Shown here one piece after another: positions 41,459 to 52,302 of a stretch of 64,000 bases of DNA. The DNA lies in assembly GCA_965116925.1 (NCBI GenBank), contig OZ220744.1, forward strand, positions 704,001 to 768,000, in the 5' to 3' direction. The stretch comes from Candidatus Poribacteria bacterium (GTDB lineage: Bacteria > Poribacteria > WGA-4E > PCPOR2b). Within the stretch, counting starts at the first letter, position 1, and each line of letters begins with the position of its first letter. The notes below the pieces were generated by a model. The model saw nothing but the letters and a program-made list of their open reading frames with translations, searched no databases and was not told the DNA's origin. Position numbers and translations under genes: made by a program.

Positions 41459-42526
41459 TCATGGTAGTTGAGGGATAACCTCTTTTGCCATCAGCTCCAT
41501 GGATCGGCGCATCTTCGCCTTGTCGTCCCAATCGTGACCAATCATGAGTACTGTGCCGAAACCGCCGGTCAGGTCGTAGAGGTCTTGCAGCTTTCGTGTG
41601 ACGGTGTCGACGCTGCCGACGATGGCGATGTTGTCGATGATATATTCGGCGTTGATTGCTTCGTCAGGCATCTCCGGCTCCCATTTCAGCAGATCCTGCA
41701 TCCGGGCAAGCGTGAGCATCCCGCGCAGGTAGATAAGTGAGGCGGCAAATGCACCGCTCAACGCGTGTTCCCGTGCTTCTGCATCCGATTCTGCGACGAA
41801 GATGCTGCGGGAGATACGCCATTCTGAACGGTCAGGTTCGCGTCCGGCTTCGAGGGCTCCTTGGGAGTAGAGTTCCCACTGCCGTTTCACCTTGTGCGGC
41901 GGTGCCATGTTGATGCTGATTGGAATGAATCCCCGCTGCCCGCCGGTTGTAGCAGCCATAGACTCTTCCCTGACGATACTCATCGCGATTGGTGGGTGCG
42001 GTTTCTGATACGGTTGCAGCACCTGACCGAGTCCAAGTTCGGGAATCTTTTCGTCGAGTTTGAGGTTCCAGTAATCTCCCTTGAATTCAAAGGGGCCATC
42101 CTCTTGCCAGAGTTTGAGGACGATGTCCATTGCCTCAAGGGTCATCAGTCCCTGCGTCCGTGGATCGGGTAGGTCGAACAGTGCCCAATCGGTTGGGACA
42201 CCGCCCTGCCCAAAACCGACGTTGAGTCTGCCTTTAGCGAGGTGATCGAGATAGGCAAGTCTGACGGCGACGTTGGCGGGGTGGTGTTGGGTGATGATAG
42301 TCACGCCGGTGCCCAAGCGAATGTTTTTCGTCTGGGGCAGCATGTGGGCGATGAAGACATCGTTGGAGGGAATCGGCTCCCACCCTGCGGTATGGTGCTG
42401 CCCAATCCACGCTTCACTAAATCCCAGTTGGTCTGCCCAAATGACACATTCTACGTCCTCTTCAAATGTCTGTGTCCGATCCTTTTCCGGCGGATGCAGC
42501 GGCATCATAAATGTTCCGACTTTCAT
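41459..42526 (-). CDS. Luciferase-like flavin monooxygenase (LLM class)
   Basis: FMMPLHP, AWIGQHH, IRLGTGV, HPANVA, PYQKPHPP. Confidence 0.92.
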   Translation of the reverse strand: MKVGTFMMPLHPPEKDRTQTFEEDVECVIWADQLGFSEAWIGQHHTAGWEPIPSNDVFIAHMLPQTKNIRLGTGVTIITQHHPANVAVRLAYLDHLAKGRLNVGFGQGGVPTDWALFDLPDPRTQGLMTLEAMDIVLKLWQEDGPFEFKGDYWNLKLDEKIPELGLGQVLQPYQKPHPPIAMSIVREESMAATTGGQRGFIPISINMAPPHKVKRQWELYSQGALEAGREPDRSEWRISRSIFVAESDAEAREHALSGAFAASLIYLRGMLTLARMQDLLKWEPEMPDEAINAEYIIDNIAIVGSVDTVTRKLQDLYDLTGGFGTVLMIGHDWDDKAKMRRSMELMAKEVIPQLP

Positions 42527-42879
42527 AAATTCACCTCATATCATTCAAGTCTTTTTTTTGAAATATCAAGAGAATTGCTCGACTGACGCGTGAAACGTAA
42601 AGCGTAATGAGTAATACTTAAAAAAATGAAGCATTATGTATTATTGCTTTGAATGAACTAATGAACCAACTGTGTAAGTTCTAAGTTGGTTCATTCATTC
42701 TTCTTACGTTTCCCCCTTCGGATACACATGTCGCCTCTCTGGGGCTTTGGGTATGGCGCGGGTTACGGCATACGGAGTATGCCTATTACTATTCTATAGA
42801 CATGTCGCCCCTCTGGGGCTAAATGAACCAATGGTTTTCCCATATCACATTACCAACAGTTGCAAACTCGCAAAGGTTT

Positions 42880-42905
42880 TAGGACTTACGCATGTGTAAC
42901 TCCTA
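42880..42905. mobile_element. Minimal family C element (two TIRs only)
   Basis: TAGGACTTACGCA-TGTGTAACTCCTA with 5-bp TSD GGTTT. Confidence 0.7.
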
Positions 42906-42923
42906 GGTTTATTATCTCGGCGG

Positions 42924-43808
42924 TTACGTGCGAATCTCTACGCCCCCCCGTTCTTCCTGAAGCCGCGCTACCGAGACCGATGCAAGCTGTCCCCAACCTC
43001 GGTTTCGTGCTTCGGTGAAACGCTGTTCGATGATGTTGGCGAGTTCCATCGGCAGGCGTAGTTGACGGGCCAGTTCGGTTGCCAGACCGACATCTTTCGC
43101 ACCCAAGTCTAGCTGAAACCCCGGCTCAAAATTGCCTTGAAATAGACTTGCGGGAAATTCCTGCATACACTCGGTATTGCCGGAGCTGTGAGAGATCGCT
43201 TCAAACATGGTTTCTGTTTGGGCACCGGCTTTGAGTCCCAGCGTCAGTGCTTCTGATACCAGAACGTAGTTGCCAAGATTGATGAGGTTATTGACAATTT
43301 TGCAGACGGCTCCCATGCCCTGCTCGCCGCAGTACATGACTTTTTCCCCGATGAGGTCGAGGACGGGTTTGTAAGACGTATAAACCGACTCATCGCCTCC
43401 GACCATGATACACAGTGTTGCCTGCTCGGCACCGGTGACACCGCCGCTGACTGGAGCGTCTAGCACATGGACGCCTTTGGGTTTTGCGGCAGCAGCTATG
43501 CGATGGATGGTATCTGGATCGGTGGTGCTCAGGTCAAAATATGCCAAGCCGGGTGCAGCACCGCTGAGGATACCGGAATCTCCTAGGGCGACCGCTTCCA
43601 CATCTTGGGGACGGGGCAGTGCTGTGAAGACGACTTGACTCGCCACCGCTACGGCCCCTGGGCTATCCGCCCATAATGCGCCCTGTGACAGCAACTCTTC
43701 GGCTGCTTCCCTGTGTGTATCAAATATCGTTAGGGTGTGACCGCCTTTGGCAAGGTTTCGTGCCATGAAGCGTCCCATACGCCCAATACCGATGAACCCG
43801 ATATTCAT
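42924..43808 (-). CDS. Beta-hydroxyacid dehydrogenase (3-hydroxyisobutyrate DH family)
   Basis: IGFIGIGRMG, DAPVSGG, KIVNN, KD; start overlaps the upstream stop. Confidence 0.92.
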   Translation of the reverse strand: MNIGFIGIGRMGRFMARNLAKGGHTLTIFDTHREAAEELLSQGALWADSPGAVAVASQVVFTALPRPQDVEAVALGDSGILSGAAPGLAYFDLSTTDPDTIHRIAAAAKPKGVHVLDAPVSGGVTGAEQATLCIMVGGDESVYTSYKPVLDLIGEKVMYCGEQGMGAVCKIVNNLINLGNYVLVSEALTLGLKAGAQTETMFEAISHSSGNTECMQEFPASLFQGNFEPGFQLDLGAKDVGLATELARQLRLPMELANIIEQRFTEARNRGWGQLASVSVARLQEERGGVEIRT

Positions 43809-44713
43809 ACCTGAGCCTCCGAGTATCGGCGCAGCCCGCTCGGTAATCCCTCTTGGTCGGACGCCGGTGGTTTGACGGGGGCTTCGCAGGGCCAGCATTG
43901 ACCGCCGGTGTGTTGATAATCTTCGCCGGCTAACCAACTGAACATTTCAGCCGCGGCGATGCCACATTTGAACTGCTCAAAGTGAGGCTCGCCGCCGAAG
44001 GTGGGCCAAGAGAAGTCGAAATCGGGGTCAATGATCCAGTCACGACGCGGTTCGGTTGTCCGCCAGTAGTTATACTTGAACAGGTTGCGGAAGCCGTTGA
44101 TGGTGCTTCTGCCCTTGCGGTGCCATATTGAGTAAACGGTGATGAAGATAGAGCCTGCGGGTGCGGTGGTTGGTACGGAGAGTTTCACACTGCGTAGGTG
44201 CGCCATGTAGTTGGCTTTGGTACGAAGAAAGTGGGAGCCGGGGATTACTTCGGTGGGGCCCGCCTCCTTCGGCGTGTCCTGTGGGTAATAGAACACTTGC
44301 AGGTAGTCTAAGCGTGGGGTGTAGATTGATCCGCCGTCACGATGCCACCCTTGGGGCGGTGCTGGACATGAGGCGCGGTGATTGCACAGTGTCTGGGGCA
44401 GCTTGAAGTCTTTGCCGAGCAACGATCTGACAGCACCCGCCGCTTGTGGATTTTTGAACACGCCGTCAACAAACCAGTCTTCGGTCAGGAGTTCGAGGGG
44501 TTGATGCTCCGGGTGTTCGTCCACGAAGTCCATCATACGGTGATTGACCACGTCTTCGACCACACCTTCAAGCAGCAGATACCCTTTACGGCAAAATTCA
44601 AATACCTCTTGATCGTTCAGCGTGGGTTCACAGTCGTAGGTGCTTCCTATTGTCGTCTCGCTGTGTGGGATTCTGATTTGTTCAACCGGGGAGGATGTCG
44701 TCGGATTCATCAA
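43805..44713 (-). CDS. Phytanoyl-CoA dioxygenase (PhyH) family Fe/2OG enzyme
   Basis: GYLLLEG, WHRDG, GPTEVIPGSH, WHR. Confidence 0.88.
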   Translation of the reverse strand: MMNPTTSSPVEQIRIPHSETTIGSTYDCEPTLNDQEVFEFCRKGYLLLEGVVEDVVNHRMMDFVDEHPEHQPLELLTEDWFVDGVFKNPQAAGAVRSLLGKDFKLPQTLCNHRASCPAPPQGWHRDGGSIYTPRLDYLQVFYYPQDTPKEAGPTEVIPGSHFLRTKANYMAHLRSVKLSVPTTAPAGSIFITVYSIWHRKGRSTINGFRNLFKYNYWRTTEPRRDWIIDPDFDFSWPTFGGEPHFEQFKCGIAAAEMFSWLAGEDYQHTGGQCWPCEAPVKPPASDQEGLPSGLRRYSEAQV

Positions 44714-44767
44714 AAAGCTCCTTCTTTGCGGAACGCAGATCTGCGTTCCCTACAAATGGTCACGGTT

Positions 44768-45139
44768 TCAGGTTAATTTTTCGAGGATAAATTCGCATCC
44801 GAGGCCAAAGGTTTTGTCTTCTTGGAGCAGCAGCGCCATTTCCGGGAACTTGATTATCCGCCAACCGTCGTTCATCGCTTCGAGTACGGAGTTGTAGGGC
44901 CATTCGTCCACATCGTCGGGTGCTTCGAGGATTTCACCGTTCTCTACCAGTGCCATGCCGAGGACTTGGGAATCGACACCGGTGTTGCCGGTGTTCAGAT
45001 ACAGCAGTCGCTGCTGCTTGGGTGAGTCGTCGTCCGGAGCCTTGTCGAGACAGTCTAATGCCTGTTGAAGATCTGCTTCTACTAGTGTGCCGGCGCGTAG
45101 CTTGTCTAGCCAACCTTGGATCTGTTGTTTGTCAGGCAT
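44768..45139 (-). CDS. Hypothetical protein (123 aa)
   Basis: ORF with RBS, co-oriented with PhyH. Confidence 0.7.
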   Translation of the reverse strand: MPDKQQIQGWLDKLRAGTLVEADLQQALDCLDKAPDDDSPKQQRLLYLNTGNTGVDSQVLGMALVENGEILEAPDDVDEWPYNSVLEAMNDGWRIIKFPEMALLLQEDKTFGLGCEFILEKLT

Positions 45140-45197
45140 CCTGGACTTCCTCTATCTGGTGTTTTTCTATATTTATCATGAACCCATTTGCTGCGAC

Positions 45198-45947
45198 ACA
45201 CATGTCGCCCCGCTGGGGCTTTGGTTATTAGTATAGATCGGGTTTCTATAAACATGTCGCCCCGCTGGGGCTATCGGTCGGGCAAGATGCCCGACCTACG
45301 GGTATGGGGACAGTCGGGCGAGATGCCCGACCTACGGGTGTGGTGCGGGTTACGGCATACGGAGTATGCCTACTACTAGCAATTTGCGTTGAAATAAGTT
45401 TCATCTGTTGGTTTGCAACTTGGGATCACAATCTAACAGATTGTGGTACAAAAAACTATCTACTTTTAATGTCTGCTTATTTTTAGAATTCACTATAAAC
45501 ACATGTCGCCCCGCTGGGGCTTTGGTTATTAGTATAGATCGGGTTTCTATAAACATATCGCCCCGCTGGGGCTATCGGTCGGGCAAGATGCCCGACCTAC
45601 GGGTATGGGGACAGTCGGGCGAGATGCCCGACCTACGGGTGTGGTGCGGGTTACAGCATACGGAGTATGCCTACTACTAGCAATTTGCGTTGAAATAAGT
45701 TTCATCTGTTGGTTTGCAACTTGGGATCACAATCTAACAGATTGTGGTACAAAAAACTATCTACTTTTAATGTCTGCTTATTTTTAGAATTCACTATAAA
45801 CACATGTCGCCCCGCTGGGGCTTTGGTTATTAGTATAGATCGCGTTTCTATAAACATGTCGCCCCGCTGGGGCTATGGGTCGGGCAAGATGCCCGACCTA
45901 CGGGTGTGGTGCGGGTTACGGCATACGGAGTATGCCTACTACTAGCA
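45198..45947. repeat. Tandem repeat, 301-bp unit, about 2.4 copies of a REP mosaic
   Basis: CATGTCGCCCCGCTGGGGCTTTGG at 45201, 45502, 45803. Confidence 0.9.
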
Positions 45948-45948
45948 G

Positions 45949-46701
45949 TTACGCGCGTCCGACATAGGGCATCTTTGTCGCCATGACGGTTATGAATAGT
46001 ACGTTTGCCTCTAAGGGTAGGCTTGCCATGAACACGACAGCACCTGCAATATCGTCCGTGTCCATCCGTGGCTCGACCATGAGCGTTCCATTCGGTTGGA
46101 GGCTGCCGGTATCGCTTCTCTGTTCGGCGTCGATCGATGCATTGCCGATGTCAATTTGTCCACACGCAATATCGTATTTACGTCCGTCAAGGGAGGTCGA
46201 TTTTGTTAGCCCGGTCAGCGCGTGTTTGGTGGAAGCGTAGGGTGCGGAGTTGACGCGCGGCACGTGTGCTGATACGGAACCGTTATTTATGATGCGCCCG
46301 CCTCTGGGGTCTTGATCCTTCATAATCTTGAACGCTTCTTGCGTACACAGGAATGAGCCGGTTAGGTTGGTGTCCACGACCGTTTTCCACTGCTCGTAGG
46401 TCAGGTCTTCTAGGTTGACGCCCGGCGCACCGACTCCTGCGTTATTAAAGAGTAGGTCGAGCCTGCCAAAGGTCTCTTTGGTTTTGGCGAATAGGGCTTT
46501 GATGGAGTCGTGATCTGTTACATCTGTGGGGACAATCAATGTTCGCGAACTCGCTTCTCCCGCTTGATTGACCGTATCCTCTAGTGCTTCCGGGCGTCGC
46601 CCAGCTAGTGTAACGGAATACCCTTCATTTAGCAGTGCAAGCACCGTTCGCTGACCGATGTTGGAACCGGCACCTGTAACGATAGCAACTTTTGTACTCA
46701 T
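45949..46701 (-). CDS. Short-chain dehydrogenase/reductase
   Basis: [17 protein letters not shown]. Confidence 0.93.
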   Translation of the reverse strand: MSTKVAIVTGAGSNIGQRTVLALLNEGYSVTLAGRRPEALEDTVNQAGEASSRTLIVPTDVTDHDSIKALFAKTKETFGRLDLLFNNAGVGAPGVNLEDLTYEQWKTVVDTNLTGSFLCTQEAFKIMKDQDPRGGRIINNGSVSAHVPRVNSAPYASTKHALTGLTKSTSLDGRKYDIACGQIDIGNASIDAEQRSDTGSLQPNGTLMVEPRMDTDDIAGAVVFMASLPLEANVLFITVMATKMPYVGRA

Positions 46702-47244
46702 ATGTTATATCTCCTCATTTTATTCTATGGATTGGATATTGTTTCGAGACGATGAAACGTGAAGCGTAAAACGTGAAAGCTCTTTGTTCATTGGTACATT
46801 GGTTCATTATCGTGGATCTTGGAATTAATGAGACACTCCAAACCGGTACGGTTAGATGAAGATAAAAAAACAGTTCGGTAATTTGCTAGCGACGCCGGCG
46901 CGGTTGAAAACCGCGCCTACCGTATGTTTGGAGGAAAATAGGGATTACCGATTTAAATACTTACAATCTCATGAAACCGCACCTACCGGGGGCGAAAGTG
47001 TCTATTTATTTTTGGTGTTCACCATAAGTTTTTAGCACGGACCGGCGGGGAAACCAGATGCCCCGCCTACGATTTTATAGAGTAAATCCGGGCGGGGTGC
47101 AACAGAAACCGAGTTTTCGAGAAAAAACTCGGTTTCTCCTGAAAATAACGGATTTCCCCTGCCCTGATAAATCGAGACCAGGGTACATTCTAATCTATTG
47201 GAACCGACCCCTCCGTTTCGATGGCCCATCAACACGATTCGGCA

Positions 47245-47492
47245 ATTTGGCAGGGCACTGGCAGGTCCAAAAAAAAATTTAACCTCACATCGGAGGGGTC
47301 ATCATTAGCCGATGTCTCTCTGAACCCTGATGGGGCCTAGCTTCAGCGCATTTGTAGATTTGTACCACGCAAGAGAAGGGGCGTCCAGACGGCTTTTTGA
47401 CCTGCCAAATACGCACTGTTTATGAACCGTTTTTCACTGAAATAGCACCATAACCAAGCCAAATGGCAGGATTTGGCAGGGCACTGACAGGT
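47245..47492. repeat. Cluster of TGGCAGG motifs including a 22-bp direct repeat
   Basis: ATTTGGCAGGGCACTG(G/A)CAGGT at 47245 and 47471; extra copies at 47464 and inverted at 47401. Confidence 0.6.
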
Positions 47493-48015
47493 GAAAAAAC
47501 TATTTTACGCTCTATAAACATGTCGCCCCTCTGGGGCTAAATGAACCAACACACCTTTTCCCGTCCCGATTTGATTGAGGCTCCCAAGAATCGGGATTTT
47601 CACGCATCATGTATTGTGTTTCTATCATAGCACCGGAGGGAGAGTAGGTCAAGTGAAAATTCATAGTGCCACAGAAACCAAGTTTTCCAAAAAAAACTCG
47701 GTTTCTCTTCCCGTTTTGCACTTTCTTTTTATATGAGGGGTGTGCATGTGTAGCCATCTTAGTAGATTAACCCTATTGCTGTGCATACACATTGCGCTCC
47801 GCTGGAGCGCAGGCATTGACTTTATCGCCTTCTATAGACATATCGCTCCGCTGGAGCGAAGGTTTCTGTCGAATCACCGGGACTTCTGTGTATTCAACTT
47901 GTTGAAGGAACGTAAGTCCGGTAGCAGCTTTGTTTGCTTATCAATGTTTTCTGGGTAATCAGCTGACTCCGTGATTCAAACAATAATGATGCACCCCCCT
48001 CTTTTTATATGAATC

Positions 48016-48393
48016 TCACCTCTCCTTCTCAAAGTTCTCGACTAACTCAACCAACACCGCATAGTTCGTTGGATCCTTATCACAATCCGCAGCGTGTGTG
48101 GACAGCGGTAAGCCCTGTTTTTTACGATTCTTACAGCTGCAAACTAGTCCCGCTGCTGTGAGGGGGGCAAGATGCCATCGAAAATCCGGTTCGACACTAT
48201 CCATCACAACGTAAGGAATTGTATCCTCAGGCACCCCATCCCACCATTTTGTCTTTGGGTTATAGCGCAGCCCTTCAACATCCACCCATTCTCCCGGTGC
48301 ATGGGATCGTTTCTCAACTGGGGACTGTTGAGGTATGTCATACCGTTTTAGTGTGTTTCGTTTAACTCGCCTCACTTTCCACTCTCCTTTCAT
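48016..48393 (-). CDS. Hypothetical protein
   Basis: ORF overlapping the upstream gene end; no recognised motif. Confidence 0.55.
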   Translation of the reverse strand: MKGEWKVRRVKRNTLKRYDIPQQSPVEKRSHAPGEWVDVEGLRYNPKTKWWDGVPEDTIPYVVMDSVEPDFRWHLAPLTAAGLVCSCKNRKKQGLPLSTHAADCDKDPTNYAVLVELVENFEKER

Positions 48394-48829
48394 CGTCTGA
48401 AATCAGACCGAGCAGCTCCTGTACCCACATACGCGTTTCCCGATAAACCATCACAACCCTTCTGAGCTCCTTCCAATCGACCTCATCTGTTTTTTGCAGT
48501 GCGGCTAATTTCTGACCCACCAAACACTGAATCTGCTGTGCATGTTCAAAGTCCATATCGGTAAAGGCGTTTACTTCCTCTTGCCTTTTTTGGATCAGTT
48601 GATTAAGGGCTTCCTGTGCCTGTTTTTTATCAAATGCTTCTGCACGCTCTACCCAATGATAATCGCTGCTATACCGATACAATGTCCGAGGTGCACTTTT
48701 TTTTCCATTGACATTTGCTTGGCATAGTTTCTCAACGGATCGAGGTGTTGGCATTCCGAGGTAAGCCTGAAAACACTCAAAAGCACGTGGACTTTCTCCA
48801 TCAATGGGTGTGTCGAATTGTATACCCAT
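48362..48829 (-). CDS. Phage terminase small subunit-like hypothetical protein
   Basis: GESPRAFECFQAY...RS...WVERAEAFD recalls phage TerS-like proteins; AGGAGG RBS. Confidence 0.45.
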   Translation of the reverse strand: MGIQFDTPIDGESPRAFECFQAYLGMPTPRSVEKLCQANVNGKKSAPRTLYRYSSDYHWVERAEAFDKKQAQEALNQLIQKRQEEVNAFTDMDFEHAQQIQCLVGQKLAALQKTDEVDWKELRRVVMVYRETRMWVQELLGLISDDERRVESEAS

Positions 48830-49160
48830 AGTGTAATACCCTCCTTTTGCCCAATTATATCATATTGTTATGCAAGATGCAACGACGTGATATGGTCGTT
48901 ATGGTCATTTATGGTAGATTTTAGAATTAATTGAAGGGTGTTCATAATTATATTGTCTGAATCGCGGATTAGGAAGATGACACAGATTACACGGATTATT
49001 GCCTCGATGAATCCCCGGCCGGGACAGGCGGAACGGAATAGGCGGGATTCAGGGCGATCTGAATCGGGATTTTCAGGATCTGTGTCCCTCCTAAACCGTG
49101 CGTGTGACTTTTACTCCGCACGACTTTCATAGTCATAAATTGATGGTGTCGTTTAATGAT

Positions 49161-49529
49161 TAGGGCGTGTTGACATTTTGAAGCTGCTCATTCAGCAGAC
49201 GCTGTAAGCATCAGGCAAGATGCCATAAGTAGCGCGAACTGTTAGTTTGCTGGCGGGGATCACAATCTAACAGATCGTGGTACAAAAGGAGATTGTCGGT
49301 TGAGATTCATATCTCGACAGAATATCCAGCGTGCCGTGCAACAATCCGGGTTTATTGAGTCAAAACTATCGCGCTATGTCCTTAGGTGGTGTCGATTTTG
49401 GAAAATCGACCTACAGAAATCCGAAGCCATCTCTGATGTGTGAACAAAAGGTTGGGTGACCTAACCCCTACGAAGGGTTATGTGTTTGTGTGCCCCCTTG
49501 ATTGTCTGATTGCGATGAAATGTCAACAG
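49161..49529. mobile_element. MITE family E (IS5-like ends), right end truncated
   Basis: TAGGGCGTGTTGACATT start; collinear with 53363-53856. Confidence 0.75.
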
Positions 49530-49810
49530 CGCGGGTTACGGCATACGGAGTATGCCTATTACTATTCTATAGACATGCCGCTCCTCTGGGGCTTTGGGTA
49601 TGGCGCGGGTTACGGCATACGGAGTATGCCTATTACTATTCTATAGACATGTCGCCCCGCTGGGGCTAAATGAATCGCTGAACTAATGATTTTTACGTTT
49701 CACGTTTCACGTTATCAACAGCTGCAAACTAGCACCATCGGTTTTTTTAACCCCCCTAGCCCCCCTTATCAGGGGGGACTTATGGACTAGCTGCGTAAGT
49801 CCTATCCGTT

Positions 49811-50608
49811 TTATCCGACCCGTGCGCTTAAGCCGCCATCAACGGGCAGAAGTACCCCTGTGATGTAGCGTGCATCGTCGGAGGCGAGGAACGCGGCTGC
49901 AGCAGCGACATCCCAGCCGGTGCCCATCTTTTGGAGAAGCGGTACGTCTTCGTCGCGTTCCTTACGGATAACTTCGTGGCTCACTCCGCGCTCTGCTACC
50001 CGTCGCTCAATCGCCATAGGGGTATCCATCAGACCGGGTAAGATAGCGTTTACGCGAACCCCGTATTCCGCATTTTCGATGGCGAGGTTTTGTGTCATCG
50101 CATTGATTGCGGCTTTGCTAGTTTTGTATGCGAGCATGGTCGGTCGCGTGCAGAGCGACGCCGTCGAGGAGATATTGATAATGACTCCCGATCCTTGAGC
50201 TCGCATCACCGGCAGGACGTGCTTGATGGTGAGAAACATGCCTTTGAGGTTGACCTCCATCAATAGTTCCCAATTTGCCTCAGTCACATCAGTCGTGTCA
50301 GCATCACCCGCTGCGATCCCGACGTTGTTATGCAGGATATCGATACGTCCGTAGCGAGCAACACAGTCTTCGACGATCATCTGACAGTCCGCTTCAACGG
50401 TGATGTCCGCACCGAAAACTGAGGCTTTACCGTCAACTGCTTTTATCATCTGGGCGGTATCTTCGGCGGATTCGGGTCGTTTGTCAACGAGAAGCACCCG
50501 CGCCCCCTCCTTTGCGAAACGGATCGCGGTTGCCCTGCCGTTGCCGATGGTTTCGCCCGGTGTTTGTCCGGCACCAACGACGATTGCAACCTTGTTACTA
50601 AGCCCCAT
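49811..50608 (-). CDS. Short-chain dehydrogenase/reductase
   Basis: VVGAG...IGNG, HNNVG, YKTSK, PVDGG. Confidence 0.92.
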   Translation of the reverse strand: MGLSNKVAIVVGAGQTPGETIGNGRATAIRFAKEGARVLLVDKRPESAEDTAQMIKAVDGKASVFGADITVEADCQMIVEDCVARYGRIDILHNNVGIAAGDADTTDVTEANWELLMEVNLKGMFLTIKHVLPVMRAQGSGVIINISSTASLCTRPTMLAYKTSKAAINAMTQNLAIENAEYGVRVNAILPGLMDTPMAIERRVAERGVSHEVIRKERDEDVPLLQKMGTGWDVAAAAAFLASDDARYITGVLLPVDGGLSARVG

Positions 50609-50638
50609 ACACAATCTCCTTTCGTTCAAAACGTTCTG

Positions 50639-51247
50639 TTAATCTTTCTTTGCTTCAGTACCAACGAACGGTGCACTCTCACCGGTGGGGACCGGCACCT
50701 CGAATACATTTAGTGTCATTGACACGAGTGTGTAGTAACCGAGCAGGATTACTAGCTCCGCAACCCCTGTTTCACCGAGCAGCTCAATCGCTTCAGCGTA
50801 CAGATTGTCTGAGACGCGATGTTCGTCGAGCAATTCGCGGGCAAAGTTGTAGACCACCGCCTCGGTTGGATTAGAGAAATCTGGGAGTGTTTCCGCTTTG
50901 ATGCTTTCTATTACCCCTTCGTCCAAACCCTCGCGTCTTGCGATTCTTTCGTGCGCCCACCACTCGTATTGTGCCTTCCATTTGGCGGCAACGATTAAAA
51001 TTGCGAGTTCTCGTAGTTGTGGCAGGAGAGTGCTTTCAAAACGGACGGTTTCGCCGAGCCGTTGTGCTGCATCGCCCAGCACTGGGCTTCTGAGCCACGG
51101 ATTGAATGGACCGCTCATCCCTCCTTCTGAGTTGAGGAGATCTTCGGGAGCCCGTCCTTCGCCGCGCTTGCCACCGGTGATGTTTTTGAAAAGACGCTCT
51201 TGCGCTTCGGTAAAGTTTTCAGGCGTGATGTATGATATTCGACTCAT
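50639..51247 (-). CDS. Carboxymuconolactone decarboxylase/AhpD-like protein
   Basis: GPFNPWLRSP, RELAIL, YEWWAH, GYYTLV. Confidence 0.85.
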   Translation of the reverse strand: MSRISYITPENFTEAQERLFKNITGGKRGEGRAPEDLLNSEGGMSGPFNPWLRSPVLGDAAQRLGETVRFESTLLPQLRELAILIVAAKWKAQYEWWAHERIARREGLDEGVIESIKAETLPDFSNPTEAVVYNFARELLDEHRVSDNLYAEAIELLGETGVAELVILLGYYTLVSMTLNVFEVPVPTGESAPFVGTEAKKD

Positions 51248-51640
51248 TACTCGATTCCTTTTTGCTTACGTTAATGGTCAGGAGCTGCACATTTTCAGTT
51301 CTATAGTGGATCTTAGAATTAATGAGACACGCCAAACCGGTGCGGTTAGAAACCGCACCTACCGGGGGACGAAAGTGTCTATTTATTTTTAGAATTCACC
51401 ATAAAAGCAGAGAGGGACGCAGTTTCCCACGATAAGATCGGCATTCAATACAACTTGAATACTATAGACATGTCGCCCCGCTGGGGCTAAATGCACTAAT
51501 GCACCGCATCCCGTTTCACGCTTCGTTTTCTATTCTGTAAATCCTTCAATCCAGAGAATCCTGATTCAGACAATAATTATGAGCACGCCGCATATAACCA
51601 TCCGAATGATTTCGATGAACTGATGTGAAGAAAAGCGAAA

Positions 51641-51731
51641 GGCTCATGTAAAAAGAAAGTGCAAAGCACGAAGAGAAACCGAGTTTTCAAGAAAAAACTC
51701 GGTTTCTTTGCACTAAATCTTAACATGAGTG
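51641..51731. mobile_element. MITE family D copy 2
   Basis: GGCTCATG...CATGAGTG; exact 8-bp TSD AAGCGAAA. Confidence 0.85.
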
Positions 51732-51893
51732 AAGCGAAATTACTGTATCACGCCCCCTACACGGCGTCAAGCGTAAAGTAGTGCAACGGGCGGGGGGACC
51801 CCGCCCCTACGATTGGGGTAGGTCTTCATTTGCAGCCGTAAGGATTGGGTCTCCCAACCTATTAAGCATGGGTATTTTGTCGAGATATGAATA

Positions 51894-52039
51894 TAGATCT
51901 ACAGTTGATGCCGGGCAAGTACAGGTTGGAAACCTGTACCCACGAGGGGATAAGGTGGAGCCCTCATTGTCGTTGAGAGGGATTTGTTTCTAGCCTTTCA
52001 ACCCAACCTACGGATTAGCAAATGTCAACCGTAGATCTG
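51894..52039. mobile_element. Putative MITE (family I) with hairpin cargo
   Basis: TAGATCTACAGTTGA / TCAACCGTAGATCTG inverted ends; single copy, no clear TSD. Confidence 0.45.
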
Positions 52040-52302
52040 AAGTTTTTGATAGCGTCCCCACCACATTTGTGATACCATCCGAGAGAACAAAAATATACCG
52101 TGTAAGACTTTGGCACATTTTCATAAGTTTATAGTGGATCTTAGAATTAATGAGACACGCCAAACCGGTGCGGGGAAAAACGCACCGAATCGGCGCAGTT
52201 AAAAACAGTGCCTACCAAATCCCGATTTATCGAGATTGAAACCGAGTGGCGAAAGTGTCTATTTATTTTTAGAATTCACCATAATAGATGCAGGAGGAGA
52301 CA

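Noticed and set aside
45188..45945. Repeated short ORFs ending HTEYAYY, and similar ORFs at 24132, 40620, 47058, 49440, 51781
   Set aside because: Chance translations of palindromic repeats.
41055..45947. CRISPR or integron cassette arrays at the 135-bp and 301-bp repeats
   Set aside because: Whole units repeat; no variable spacers, cassette ORFs or integrase.
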